DNA from: Ignicoccus hospitalis KIN4/I
GTDB lineage: Archaea; Thermoproteota; Thermoprotei_A; Sulfolobales; Ignicoccaceae
Direction of reading: 5' to 3'
Assembly (NCBI RefSeq): GCF_000017945.1
Contig: NC_009776.1
Span: forward strand, 1,230,001 to 1,262,000
Length of the DNA: 32,000 bases
Every line of letters begins with the position of its first letter. Within the stretch, counting starts at the first letter, position 1. A program made the position numbers and the translations under genes. A model generated the notes under the pieces. It was not told the origin of the DNA, did no database searches, and saw nothing but the letters and a program-made list of their open reading frames with translations. Below are positions 8,933 to 18,417 of the stretch, piece after piece.

Positions 8933-9574
8933 ATGAAGCTGCTGAAGTACAAGACTTACCCAGAGGTTGAACTCGAAATAGAGGACTTCGAAGGACAGCC
9001 CTACTTGTTCTACGAGGAGTGTAGCAGCGGCATAAGGTTGGAGGCCGCACTGGAGGATGAGCTAGTAGAAGAAGCTAAGAACGCCTTGGAAGGCGAGCTG
9101 CCGGACTCCTTGCTGGCCTTATTGGGTATAGAGGTTTTCGGAGAGGACCTCGAGGCTCTTTGCGACGAACTTAGGGCGAGGGGGTTCCAGTGCGAGTTCA
9201 AGCGTAAGGAGGACGAGGAGTACTGTGAGAGCATAACCCTCAAGCTCTCCTCACCTAGCTCCAAGCTAGTAAAAGTAGTAGTGGAAAACGGTAAAATAAA
9301 GGTTTATCCCGCCAACGCCCGGAAGGGCTACATAGCCTTCAAGTGGGACGGCCGTAAGGCCACTTTGGAGGCCGCGGTCCCCTCTGCAATCCTCTCAGCC
9401 CTCGAAGACAAGGACGATAAAATCAAAGCTTTGATCGCTGCGTTGGTGCCGGAGCTCAGGGACGTAGGGGTGGAGGACCCAATTGAAGTCCTAAAGGCGC
9501 TAGAAGACTCCGGAAGAGATTATAAATTTTGTGTCGAGCGGAACGAACGTTTAGTAAGTTGGAGGCTCGAATAG
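8933..9574 (+). CDS. Hypothetical protein
   Basis: Long ORF with ATG at 8933 (track frame opens with GTG 8906), divergent from the NapD-like gene; sensible protein composition but no family recognised. Confidence 0.6.
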   Translation: MKLLKYKTYPEVELEIEDFEGQPYLFYEECSSGIRLEAALEDELVEEAKNALEGELPDSLLALLGIEVFGEDLEALCDELRARGFQCEFKRKEDEEYCESITLKLSSPSSKLVKVVVENGKIKVYPANARKGYIAFKWDGRKATLEAAVPSAILSALEDKDDKIKALIAALVPELRDVGVEDPIEVLKALEDSGRDYKFCVERNERLVSWRLE

Positions 9575-9650
9575 CGAGACGAGCGTCGATTAGTACTCTA
9601 AACGTCCTAACATATTAGTGTTGTCCCGAGCCCCCGTAGGGTAGATCACA

Positions 9651-11516
9651 TTGACCGTAGTCCTACAGAAGACGGACGTTCCTCTGCAAATAGAGAAGCC
9701 GGCGACCAGAGAGCTCGTGGACAAGCTATGGGAGGTCGCCGGGGAGGCGAAGTACATCCTAGTAGAGGCGAGGGACGTAGAGGAGGCGCGCAAGGCCTTG
9801 TACCAGTGGCTCAGCGAAATGGAAACCAAGTACATGTACGGCGAAGTGGAAGTGCACCCGCTGATAAGGGCTCAAGCGCTTGAAGCCATAAGGGTATTCA
9901 AGAACGTCATTGCCCCTCTGAACGAGAAGCTGACTGGTTATTCCGCCTTGAAGTACTTGTACAAACTGGCGAGGTATGAGGGCATTGAAGAAGTCGACGA
10001 GGGCTTCGTCCTGGAATTCATTCACTTATTCAAGGCGATTTATGGAAAGCCGGACATATACCCCGCAAAGTACGCGGAAGGTCTAGGGTATTTCGACTTC
10101 TCCAAGTTGAAGGGGCGCCAAGCCGGCATAGCCCGGAGCGAATACTTGGATAGGTTGGCCTCACGGGTCTGGGAGTACATAAAGCGTTACCCCAGCGGCC
10201 TCGACCCGGAGGTAATAGAGAAGAGAAAGGAGAACCGAAGGAAGATATTGGAAGTTTTGGGAGGAAGCGAAGACGACTGGAAGGACTACAAGTGGCACTA
10301 CAAGAACGCGCTAAGGGGTAAGAGGGCAATAAAGGTGTTGAAAGAGCTCGTAAAGGGGTTGAGTGAGGAAGACTGGAAGGCGCTGGAGGACGCCGTCAAG
10401 TACAACGTCCCCTTCGGGATAACTCCGTACTACTTACACCTCTTCGACTTTGATGAGGGCTGGAAGCACGACTACGCGGTGAGGAGGCAAGTGCTACCGC
10501 CTCTCCACTACGTTAAGGAGATGGTTGCTCACCTGGACGAGAGGGAGTACTACTTCGATTTCATGGGAGAGCACGACACCAGCCCGCATCCGTTGATAAC
10601 TAGGAGGTACCCCATGGTAGCGATACTAAAGGCCGCCCACACGTGTCCCCAGATCTGCGTCTACTGTCAGAGGAACTGGGAGATAATGACTGCTATGGAC
10701 AAAGAGGCCATCCCCACCAGGATGACTATAGATGAAGCCATAGACTGGTTCGCCGAACACCCCAATATAATAGACGTTCTGGTGACCGGCGGCGACCCCT
10801 TCATACTAAGGGACGAAGACATAGAACATATAGTGAAGAGGCTGAGCGAGTTGGACCACGTCAAGATGATAAGGTTCGGCACCAGAACTCCAGTTACCGT
10901 TCCCATGAGGATAACGCCGGAGTTCGCCGAAATGCTCGGCTCTTACATCGAGCCCGGAAAGAGGAATATCCACGTGGTAACTCACGTAGAACACGCCTAT
11001 GAGGTAACTCCGGAGATGGCCGAGGCCGTGACCAACTTGCGCAAGAACAAGATATACGTCTATAACCAGCAAGTGTTCACCTTCTGGAACAGCAGGCGGT
11101 TCGAGACCTCTGCCCTTAGGATAGCGCTGAAGAGCATAGGCATCGACCCGTACTACACGTTCTACCCCAAAGGGAAGTGGGAGACGAAGGACTACCTAGT
11201 GCCCGTGGCCAGGATACTCCAAGAGAGGAAGGAAGAGGCGAGGGTCCTACCGGGCACCTTTAGGACGGAAGAGCCCGTCTTCAACGTCCCCAGGCTGGGC
11301 AAGAACCACTTGAGGGCGTGGCAAGACCACGAGCTGATAATGATAAGGCCCGACGGCAGGAGGGTGTACTTGTGGCACCCGTGGGAGAAGAACATCCAGT
11401 TGGTAGCGCCGTACATCTACACCGATATAGTGTCTATTAGGATGTACTTAGACAAGCTGAAGGAAGTCTTCGGAGAGGACTTGGAGGACTACAAGAGCAT
11501 ATGGTACTACTACTAA
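9651..11516 (+). CDS. KamA-family radical SAM aminomutase, predicted glutamate 2,3-aminomutase-like
   Basis: Radical SAM motif CPQICVYC (CxxxCxxC) at 10644..10667; KamA-like WKDYKWHYKNALRG, FGITPYYLHLFD, IDVLVTGGDPFI, IRFGTRTPVTVPMRITPE, FNVPRLGKNHLRAW. TTG start at 9651. Confidence 0.85.
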   Translation: MTVVLQKTDVPLQIEKPATRELVDKLWEVAGEAKYILVEARDVEEARKALYQWLSEMETKYMYGEVEVHPLIRAQALEAIRVFKNVIAPLNEKLTGYSALKYLYKLARYEGIEEVDEGFVLEFIHLFKAIYGKPDIYPAKYAEGLGYFDFSKLKGRQAGIARSEYLDRLASRVWEYIKRYPSGLDPEVIEKRKENRRKILEVLGGSEDDWKDYKWHYKNALRGKRAIKVLKELVKGLSEEDWKALEDAVKYNVPFGITPYYLHLFDFDEGWKHDYAVRRQVLPPLHYVKEMVAHLDEREYYFDFMGEHDTSPHPLITRRYPMVAILKAAHTCPQICVYCQRNWEIMTAMDKEAIPTRMTIDEAIDWFAEHPNIIDVLVTGGDPFILRDEDIEHIVKRLSELDHVKMIRFGTRTPVTVPMRITPEFAEMLGSYIEPGKRNIHVVTHVEHAYEVTPEMAEAVTNLRKNKIYVYNQQVFTFWNSRRFETSALRIALKSIGIDPYYTFYPKGKWETKDYLVPVARILQERKEEARVLPGTFRTEEPVFNVPRLGKNHLRAWQDHELIMIRPDGRRVYLWHPWEKNIQLVAPYIYTDIVSIRMYLDKLKEVFGEDLEDYKSIWYYY

Positions 11517-11741
11517 CCTCCAGTCTCTTTCATCATCTTTCATTTCCGTGTCTCCTGGAGCTTTAAGGAGTAAGTTACCAAAGGTCCATCCCGGCTATGG
11601 GGCTCTGGAACTATCGAGGCAACGGCACTATGACCCTCCGACGTCGCCTTGGCGAGGGCTTCCCAATAGCTTGAAAACAGAGGCGTTGTTAGTAGTTACT
11701 TAACAATAGAGGGATAAAACTTCTTTCTGTACCCTTCCCCG

Positions 11742-13964
11742 TTAAGGCCCGAGGAAGTCCTCTGCCTTGGGTGGTTCTGGGGGTAGGCCTTTCCTCTCCC
11801 TGATCTTCCTTATGAGCTCCGGTAGGAGCTGGTCGGGCACTGGCTCCCACCCGTAGAACTCGGTGCCCCAGAACGCCCTACCGGCGGTTACGCTCCTCAG
11901 CTCCATGGGGAGTTCGAAGCTCTCAGCTATGGGTACCGCCGCCACTATTCTGGCTTGCCCGCCCATGTCGATGACCTCCAATATCTTGCCTCTGTGCTTA
12001 GTTATGACGCCCGTCACCGCGCCTATGTACTCGTTAGGAACCCTTATGTCTAGCTTCTGCCACGGCTCCAGCAAGGTCGGGCTGTCGGTCAGCATGCTTG
12101 CGTAAACGGCGTTCCTAACTGCCGGGTATAGCTGGGCGGGACCTCTGTGCGCGGGGTCCTCGTGTATCACGGCATCCCACAGTATCACTTTGACGCCCCT
12201 TACCGGCTCCTTCGCTAAGGGCCCTTCCTTCATGGCGAGCCTCCAGCCGGCCAGTATGGTGTCCTTCACCTCCCTTAAGTGCTGGACGCCCACGGTCTTG
12301 TCAATGAATATGTTGAAGTTCTCCTCGTCGACGGCCCATATCCTCCTAGCGGTGTCGGCGTCCCAGTTGACCTTGTCCCTAAGGACCTTCGCCCTCTCCC
12401 TCGGGTCTTGGTCGTCAGTTATCTCGCCCTTCTGTATCATCTCAATTACTTCCTTCTCTAGCGGTTCCACGGTGATGTACAGCTTGTTGTGTTTGTTGGG
12501 GCTCTTGCCCTCTACCTTCTCTCCGGGCTTCCTCACGGTCTCACGGTAGGTTATCACGGGCGGGCTTACCTTGACCTCAAGGCCGTAAACCTCCTTGAGC
12601 TGTGTCAGCGCAATCTCTATGTGTAGCATGCCCATGCCGCTGAGCAAGTACTCGCCAGTCTCTTGGTTTATGGTCACCTTGAGGTTGGGGTCCTCTATGC
12701 TTAACGTCCTCAACGCCTCGATAAGCTTGGGCAAGTCCCTGGGGTTCTTGGGCTCTATCGCCACGGTCACCACGGGCTCGCTGACGTAGTGGAGCTGCTC
12801 GAAGGGCGCTGCTTGGTCCTTGTAGTTTATGTCGACTAGGGTCTCGCCGGCCCTGGCGTCGTCCAGACCGAGCATGGCAACTATGTTGCCCGCCGTCACG
12901 TAGTCCACTATTTCCCTGTCGGGACCCATGTAAATCGAAACTTGCAGTATCTTGCCCGGCTTTTGGGCGTTGACCAACCAGACCTCCTTGCCCGCGGTCG
13001 CGGTACCGGCCCAGACTCTGCCGGTGGCGACGAGCCTCTTAGTGTGGGGGTCTAGCCTCATGTCGTTTATGAATACTACCAAGGGGCCCTCGGGGTCGCA
13101 GTTGAGCATGGCCTTGCCTAGCTCGCTGTTTATGTCGCCCTTCCAGAGCCTGGGCACCCTGTACTTCTGGGCCTCTCTGGGGTTGGGCACCCAGCGGACC
13201 ACCATGTCTAGCAAGGTCTCGTGTAAGGGGGCCTTGTGGAAGAGCTCCTCTATAGCGTCCTTGCTTCCCTTTGCGTAGGCCTCTACTATGTCACTGAACT
13301 TTATTCCCTTTTCTTGGGCCATAGGTATCGTAATGCCCCACTTGTCCTTGGCACTGCCCAAGGCCACATGGCCCTTGGCGGGGTCCAACAACCACTTCTT
13401 GGCTATCTCTGGGTCGGGCGCGAAAGTCAATATGCGCTCGTTAACGTCCTTAATGATTTGGACTATCCTCTGTTGGATCTCTTGGGGGCTGAGCTTGAGC
13501 TCCTTGATGAGGCGGTCGACCTTGTTGATGAACAGAAGCGGCCTTACCAGCTCTTCTAGAGCTTGCCTCAAGACGGTCTCGGTCTGAGTCATTACCCCTT
13601 CTACAGCATCGACCACCAGTATGGCTCCGTCTAGTACCCTCAAGCTCCTGGTGACCTTACCGCTGAAGTCGACGTGGCCAGGGGTGTCTATCAAGTTTAT
13701 TACATAGGGCTTACCCTTGTACTCGTGGTACAAGCTTACGTTAGCCGCCTTTACGGTTATTCCCCTCTGCTGCTCAACGTCCAAGTAGTCTAGCGCCCTC
13801 GCCTCTCCCGCCAGTTTAGGGCTGAGTATCCCCGCGTGGGCCAAAAGCGCGTCGCTCGTCGTGGTCTTGCCGTGGTCCACGTGGGCTATGATGCCTATGT
13901 TCCTCACTTGCTCTACGTTTCTCATTATCTTCAAAATGTCTTCTACATGTTTGTACTTTGGCAT
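11742..13964 (-). CDS. fusA: Translation elongation factor aEF-2
   Basis: GTPase motifs [25 protein letters not shown]; full-length about 740 aa with EF-G/EF-2 C-terminal domains. Confidence 0.97.
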   Translation of the reverse strand: MPKYKHVEDILKIMRNVEQVRNIGIIAHVDHGKTTTSDALLAHAGILSPKLAGEARALDYLDVEQQRGITVKAANVSLYHEYKGKPYVINLIDTPGHVDFSGKVTRSLRVLDGAILVVDAVEGVMTQTETVLRQALEELVRPLLFINKVDRLIKELKLSPQEIQQRIVQIIKDVNERILTFAPDPEIAKKWLLDPAKGHVALGSAKDKWGITIPMAQEKGIKFSDIVEAYAKGSKDAIEELFHKAPLHETLLDMVVRWVPNPREAQKYRVPRLWKGDINSELGKAMLNCDPEGPLVVFINDMRLDPHTKRLVATGRVWAGTATAGKEVWLVNAQKPGKILQVSIYMGPDREIVDYVTAGNIVAMLGLDDARAGETLVDINYKDQAAPFEQLHYVSEPVVTVAIEPKNPRDLPKLIEALRTLSIEDPNLKVTINQETGEYLLSGMGMLHIEIALTQLKEVYGLEVKVSPPVITYRETVRKPGEKVEGKSPNKHNKLYITVEPLEKEVIEMIQKGEITDDQDPRERAKVLRDKVNWDADTARRIWAVDEENFNIFIDKTVGVQHLREVKDTILAGWRLAMKEGPLAKEPVRGVKVILWDAVIHEDPAHRGPAQLYPAVRNAVYASMLTDSPTLLEPWQKLDIRVPNEYIGAVTGVITKHRGKILEVIDMGGQARIVAAVPIAESFELPMELRSVTAGRAFWGTEFYGWEPVPDQLLPELIRKIRERKGLPPEPPKAEDFLGP

Positions 13965-13990
13965 ATTCTTGCCCGGTAGGGCTAAGGGTA

Positions 13991-14004
13991 AGGATTTATA
14001 AAAG
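13991..14004 (-). promoter_or_regulatory. TATA box for fusA
   Basis: Minus strand CCTTTTATAAATCC about 30-40 bp upstream of the fusA ATG (13964), in the 49-bp gap after the ATPase-like gene. Confidence 0.6.
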
Positions 14005-14013
14005 GTGTGGGCT

Positions 14014-14892
14014 CTAGTGGACCAAGCTGCCGAGGCGTTGTTCGGAAATCATCCCCCTAACCACAGTGAGTATCTTAGACTCCTTCTCGACCCCCAAGAT
14101 GTTTCTTACTACCATAGTCAGCAGTTTACTTATGCTCTTCGCGTGCTCATTATACTCGGCCTTCATGAGGAGGGGAAGGTAAGAGTTTAAGTCACGATAG
14201 TACAACTGCATGGTCAGCGGTATTAGACCTATTAAGAGGGGGGAGCCCTTAGGGGCGGTCTTCTTGAGCAACCTAACCTTTACGTCTTCCCGGACGCCGT
14301 CCAGAACACCCATGGGTATCTTGTTTATTATTATCGAGGCCACTCTCCTCGAGAGGAGGTCGTTGCTGGAGATCATCCGGGGCCGGTCTATGCAGCTCTT
14401 CTTCTCGTTGCTAGTGATCACGATTTTTGCCCTGTTCACGAGTCCCGTATCTACGAAGGCCCTCTCTAGGAGGTACTCCCCTATCATGTCGGGAGGTACG
14501 TAAACTATCACGCCGAAGTCCTTGTGTAACAAGTAGTTTACGAACTCCGCGAGCTGCGCGCTCAAACCTCCTCCGAAGATGTTTTTTATGAATTTCCTCT
14601 CGTCTATTATCTTCATACACTCCTCAGTTATGATCTTTGTTATGAGTACGTCGGGAGCTTTTTCGAACCTCCTCGTCGCCTGCGCCGTGTGAATGATGTT
14701 GTTGAAGTATGCCGTGAGGCAGTTTGTCTCCATGTCGAACGAAGTGAAATCTGTGGATAGGTCTATGAGGATCACCGGCCTCTTGGTTTCTATGTTTAGG
14801 TGGATTGCCAGTTCCAGTGCGAGCACTTTGCTACCAGACCCTCTGCACGTCGGCGTCACCAATACTAGCATTGTTGGTCTGCCCCCATACAT
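14014..14892 (-). CDS. ParA/MinD-like P-loop protein with atypical Walker A
   Basis: N-terminus [42 protein letters not shown] resembles the SIMIBI/MinD pattern (KGGxGKT ... VLLIDxD), but the P-loop is altered. Confidence 0.5.
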   Translation of the reverse strand: MYGGRPTMLVLVTPTCRGSGSKVLALELAIHLNIETKRPVILIDLSTDFTSFDMETNCLTAYFNNIIHTAQATRRFEKAPDVLITKIITEECMKIIDERKFIKNIFGGGLSAQLAEFVNYLLHKDFGVIVYVPPDMIGEYLLERAFVDTGLVNRAKIVITSNEKKSCIDRPRMISSNDLLSRRVASIIINKIPMGVLDGVREDVKVRLLKKTAPKGSPLLIGLIPLTMQLYYRDLNSYLPLLMKAEYNEHAKSISKLLTMVVRNILGVEKESKILTVVRGMISEQRLGSLVH

Positions 14893-15002
14893 TCAATGAT
14901 GAGAGGAGATTTATATTCGACCATGGTGACCCCTCAAGTACGTCTTAATGGTCTCGGGTTTTGAGAAGGATCGCAAACCCTTGACTGGAGCAGTCCTCTC
15001 AA

Positions 15003-15013
15003 ATCTTAAAAGA
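15003..15013 (+). promoter_or_regulatory. TATA box for tRNA-Ser(UGA)
   Basis: ATCTTAAAAGA about 27 bp upstream of the tRNA 5' end (15035). Confidence 0.5.
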
Positions 15014-15034
15014 ACGTCAGCGAGCTCCTCTACC

Positions 15035-15121
15035 GCCGGGGTGCCCGAGCGGCCCAAGGGGCCGGCCTTGAGAGCCGGTGGGGGAAACCCCGCGCGGGTT
15101 CGAATCCCGCCCCCGGCGCCA
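15035..15121 (+). tRNA. tRNA-Ser(UGA), CCA encoded, intronless
   Basis: Acceptor GCCGGGG/CCCCGGC, G73, anticodon stem CCGGC/GCCGG around loop CTTGAGA (anticodon TGA), long variable arm GGTGGGGGAAACCCC, T arm GCGGGTTCGAATCCCGC, 3' GCCA. Confidence 0.95.
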
Positions 15122-15158
15122 GAGTCGCACGAACGCGTCGGGCGACTGGTAGATAGTT

Positions 15159-17795
15159 ATGAAGGCCCAATTATTGAAGCTAGAGTTAAGAAACTTCCTT
15201 TCGTACGAGAACTTAGAAGTGCGCATACCGGAAGGCGTGGTAGTCGTAGTGGGTCCCAACGGCGCTGGTAAGAGCAGCTTTGTGGACGCCATAGCCTACG
15301 CCCTGACGAGCGCCGCGGTGAGCCGAAAGGTCACCAACAAGGAGCTGATTAATTACGGCGCCAAGAGCGCCGAGGTGGTCCTTACCTTCTCCGCGTCAAA
15401 TAAGGTATACGAAGTGAAGAGGGCTATAGGAGTTGGAAACTCTGTACAAGCCGTCCTAAAGGAGGGCGGCAAACTATACGCCTCGGGCTCTCAAGCCGTA
15501 AACAAAGCCATAGCTTCCTTATTGGGATTCGGAGACGTCAAAGCGCTGCGTGAAACCGTCTTCGTACCCCAGGGAAAATTGACCGAGTTGGTGGAGTTGA
15601 GTCCTTCGGAATTGAAGAACAAGGTTCTAGAGTTGCTGGGAGTTAGAGACAAGGAAGCCGTCGAAGCTTCTCTGAGAGAAATAATAAACTACTATAAGGG
15701 CACCGCATCCAACTTGGTGAACGTTCAAAGGACGTATGAAAAGTATAAGAAAGAGTTGAATAGCGAAATGAACAGGATAAAGGAATTACAAGAGAAGCTG
15801 CCGTTGCTCAAGGAAGAGCTCCGCATGGTCGAGGACAAACTGAACGACTTAAGGTCTGAACTTAACGAGCTTAAAGAGAAGAAGGCCAAATACCAAAAGG
15901 TTAAGGCCCAACTAATGAAAGTCCAAGAGGAGTTGAGGACGCTAATTGGAGAACTTGAAGCTCTTAGCGACCTCGACGAAGCTGAGCTAAACTTGCTGAG
16001 GTCCAAGCTAGTTAAGGTTAAGGACCTAAGCCTGATTAAAGAGCGCCTCGAAAACGAACTGAAAGCCATAAAGAGTAAGAAAGAGCTCTTAGCCAAAAGA
16101 GAGGCCGTTAAATCCGAGCTGCGCAAGCTCAAGGACTTGGAGAGGAGAAGGGATGAGCTTTCAAAGAAGTTAGACGAAATGTTGGAAAGGCGTCAATTAC
16201 TCGTCATGAAGTTGGGAACGCTTGAAAAAGAGGTGGAGGAAATAGAGAAAGAAATCAAAAGGATTGAGAAGAACTATGTCGTGTTGGAGAGGGAGTTGGA
16301 CGGCCTTACGATCAGCGACCTCGAGCAACGGGTTACAGAGCTCGAAAAGATGTACGAGAACGTCAAGAAAGAGCTAGAGGAGGTCACTAACGAGAGAAGG
16401 CTCGTCGAAGTAATGTTGGACGAAAGGCGCCGCGCAATAGAGATGCTAAGGGGGAGGGACTCCTGCCCGGTCTGCGGGTCCCCACTCCCTCCCGAAAGGC
16501 GGGAGTCCCTCATAAGGCGCTACGCCGAGGAAGTCGCGAAGTTTGAAGAAAAGCTGACCGAGTTGAAAGCTAGAGAGAAGAGGTTGGAAACGGAAGCACG
16601 GCTCTTGGAGTCTAGGCTAGAGAAGCTCAAGAGGGCTTTGGACAAGGCGCGCGCCCGATTGGAGAGCCTAGGCTTCGAAGACCTAGACGCATTAGGACTT
16701 TATTTAGCTGACTTGAAAAAGAGGTTTAACGAACTGAAAGAACAATTATCGCGAACTAGGGCTTCGGTCGAGCATTACGACAAGCTGGTCAAAGAAGTTA
16801 AGGAAGAGCTAAGCGCCGTGACGGCCCAACTAGAGGAGCTAAAAAGGAAGGAGGGGATGCTCAGACAAATAGAACATCAGCTAGAAGAGCTACGAGGAGT
16901 AGACGCAAGCAAAGAAGAAGAGGTAGAGAAGCGCTTGAGCGAAATAAAGAAAGAGTTGGAAGTGCTTGGCTCACCAGAAGAGCTCGAAAGGAGAATAGCG
17001 GAGCTGGAGAGGTTAGCCTCCAAGAAAAAGGAGCTAAGCGCCGCAGCAGAGCTCAAGAGGAGAGAGGAGGCTGAGCTGAAGAGAGAGTTAGCCTCGCTGG
17101 GCTTCGACGAAGCCTCATTAGAACGGCTAGCGCGAGAGGTCGAGGCCTTGGAAAGGAAGAGGGACGCCCTCCTCCGCAACATATCAGAAACGGAGGCAAA
17201 AATAATGGAAACTAGGCGGAACGTAGCGAAGCTGAGAGAGGAGCTAAACAGGTACCAGAATGAGATAGAAAAGCTTAGGGCGTACGAACAATACGCCATC
17301 TTCCTTGAGGAGTTCAGAAAAACCTTCTCCACCGTCATTATAGACAAACTGACTGAGAGCTTCAGAAAGGCGTGGGAGGAGGAAGCGAACAGAATATTAG
17401 ATATGTTCGACCTTAACGTAAAGAAGGTGGAGATAAAGGAGATAATTGAAAAGAGGAAGAAGGGGTGGACGATAAGGGCGGTACTAGACGGCGGCGCGAG
17501 GGTGACCGTGGACTCCCTCTCCGGAGGCGAGAGGGTCGGGGTCGCCTTGGCTCTGAGGCTCTCGTTAGCGAAGCTCCTCTCTCGCGGGAGGATATCCTTC
17601 TTGATAATGGACGAGCCAACAGCCTACTTGGACTCCGAAAGGAGGCAAGCTTTGAAGAAGATAATCTCGTACGCCGTCGGCCCCTCTTTGACCCAAATGA
17701 TAGTTGTGACTCACGACAGAGAGATGATGGATATTGCCGACTCCGCATGTCACGTTAGAAGGACCCCCAAGGGTTCTACGATTACGTGCGAATGA
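15159..17795 (+). CDS. rad50: DNA double-strand break repair ATPase Rad50
   Basis: Walker A GPNGAGKSSF, long coiled coil, CPVC zinc hook (SCPVCGSPLPPERR), signature LSGGERVGVALALRLSLAKLL, Walker B FLIMDEPTAYLD. Confidence 0.95.
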   Translation: MKAQLLKLELRNFLSYENLEVRIPEGVVVVVGPNGAGKSSFVDAIAYALTSAAVSRKVTNKELINYGAKSAEVVLTFSASNKVYEVKRAIGVGNSVQAVLKEGGKLYASGSQAVNKAIASLLGFGDVKALRETVFVPQGKLTELVELSPSELKNKVLELLGVRDKEAVEASLREIINYYKGTASNLVNVQRTYEKYKKELNSEMNRIKELQEKLPLLKEELRMVEDKLNDLRSELNELKEKKAKYQKVKAQLMKVQEELRTLIGELEALSDLDEAELNLLRSKLVKVKDLSLIKERLENELKAIKSKKELLAKREAVKSELRKLKDLERRRDELSKKLDEMLERRQLLVMKLGTLEKEVEEIEKEIKRIEKNYVVLERELDGLTISDLEQRVTELEKMYENVKKELEEVTNERRLVEVMLDERRRAIEMLRGRDSCPVCGSPLPPERRESLIRRYAEEVAKFEEKLTELKAREKRLETEARLLESRLEKLKRALDKARARLESLGFEDLDALGLYLADLKKRFNELKEQLSRTRASVEHYDKLVKEVKEELSAVTAQLEELKRKEGMLRQIEHQLEELRGVDASKEEEVEKRLSEIKKELEVLGSPEELERRIAELERLASKKKELSAAAELKRREEAELKRELASLGFDEASLERLAREVEALERKRDALLRNISETEAKIMETRRNVAKLREELNRYQNEIEKLRAYEQYAIFLEEFRKTFSTVIIDKLTESFRKAWEEEANRILDMFDLNVKKVEIKEIIEKRKKGWTIRAVLDGGARVTVDSLSGGERVGVALALRLSLAKLLSRGRISFLIMDEPTAYLDSERRQALKKIISYAVGPSLTQMIVVTHDREMMDIADSACHVRRTPKGSTITCE

Positions 17796-18333
17796 TCCTC
17801 TCCCGAGCGAGCGCGAGCAGCTTCCTAAGCGTCTTTTCTCCGACGTTATACCTTTTGCTCACCTCCCTGACGTTCTTCCCGTTGACTACGTAGGCACATA
17901 CCAACGCCATCAAGTGCTTGCTCCTCTTAGGCCTCGCAGACAAGACTGGGTCCCTCTCTATTAGTTTGAGATAATATTCGAAGTCCGTCCTCAACTCCGC
18001 TGGTACCTCCGGCAAACGTTCGACCTTTTCCAAGCTCTTCACGGTCTTATTCGTGAGGCCTAACTTGTACTGAACAAAGGTGCCGCGCACGTCTCTGTAG
18101 CCCCTCTCGTTGAGTTCCTTCACTATCTCAGTTCCCTTGAGAAGCGCTCTCTCTTCCTCACTAATCTTACTACCAACCCTCTTGTCGGCGAAGCGCTCCT
18201 CCGAAACGTAAAAGTCCACGATATAATCGACGACTTCTCCGGTCTCGATATCTATCACTACCCCGTTCTCGTAGTCCCACACCAACCTCATATCGCTCTC
18301 CGTGCATTTGTTTTGAGATATAGTAATTAACAA
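17782..18333 (-). CDS. Small TFIIB/TFB-like protein with degenerate zinc ribbon
   Basis: KCTESDMRLVWDYENGVVIDIETGEVVDYIVD aligns by eye with a TFB zinc-ribbon region; C-terminal NGKNVREVSKRYNVGEKTLRKLLALARE resembles the end of a TFB cyclin repeat. Start is either 18333 or ATG 18291. Confidence 0.5.
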   Translation of the reverse strand: MLITISQNKCTESDMRLVWDYENGVVIDIETGEVVDYIVDFYVSEERFADKRVGSKISEEERALLKGTEIVKELNERGYRDVRGTFVQYKLGLTNKTVKSLEKVERLPEVPAELRTDFEYYLKLIERDPVLSARPKRSKHLMALVCAYVVNGKNVREVSKRYNVGEKTLRKLLALARERIIRT

Positions 18334-18417
18334 GTAGGTACACTCTGTACCGGGAGAGGGTAGCTAGACGAAAGTGTTAAGGCTCTCGCGACGCGGCGAG
18401 GAGCGGGAAGGCGCAGA

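Noticed and set aside
11525-11550. C-box-like ATGATGA on the minus strand, considered as a C/D box sRNA
   Set aside because: No matching D box (CUGA) at the right distance and no C'/D' pair; not enough for an sRNA call.
17413-17748. Arg/Ser-rich 111-aa minus ORF opposite rad50
   Set aside because: Low-complexity antisense shadow of the conserved Rad50 C-terminal ATPase domain.
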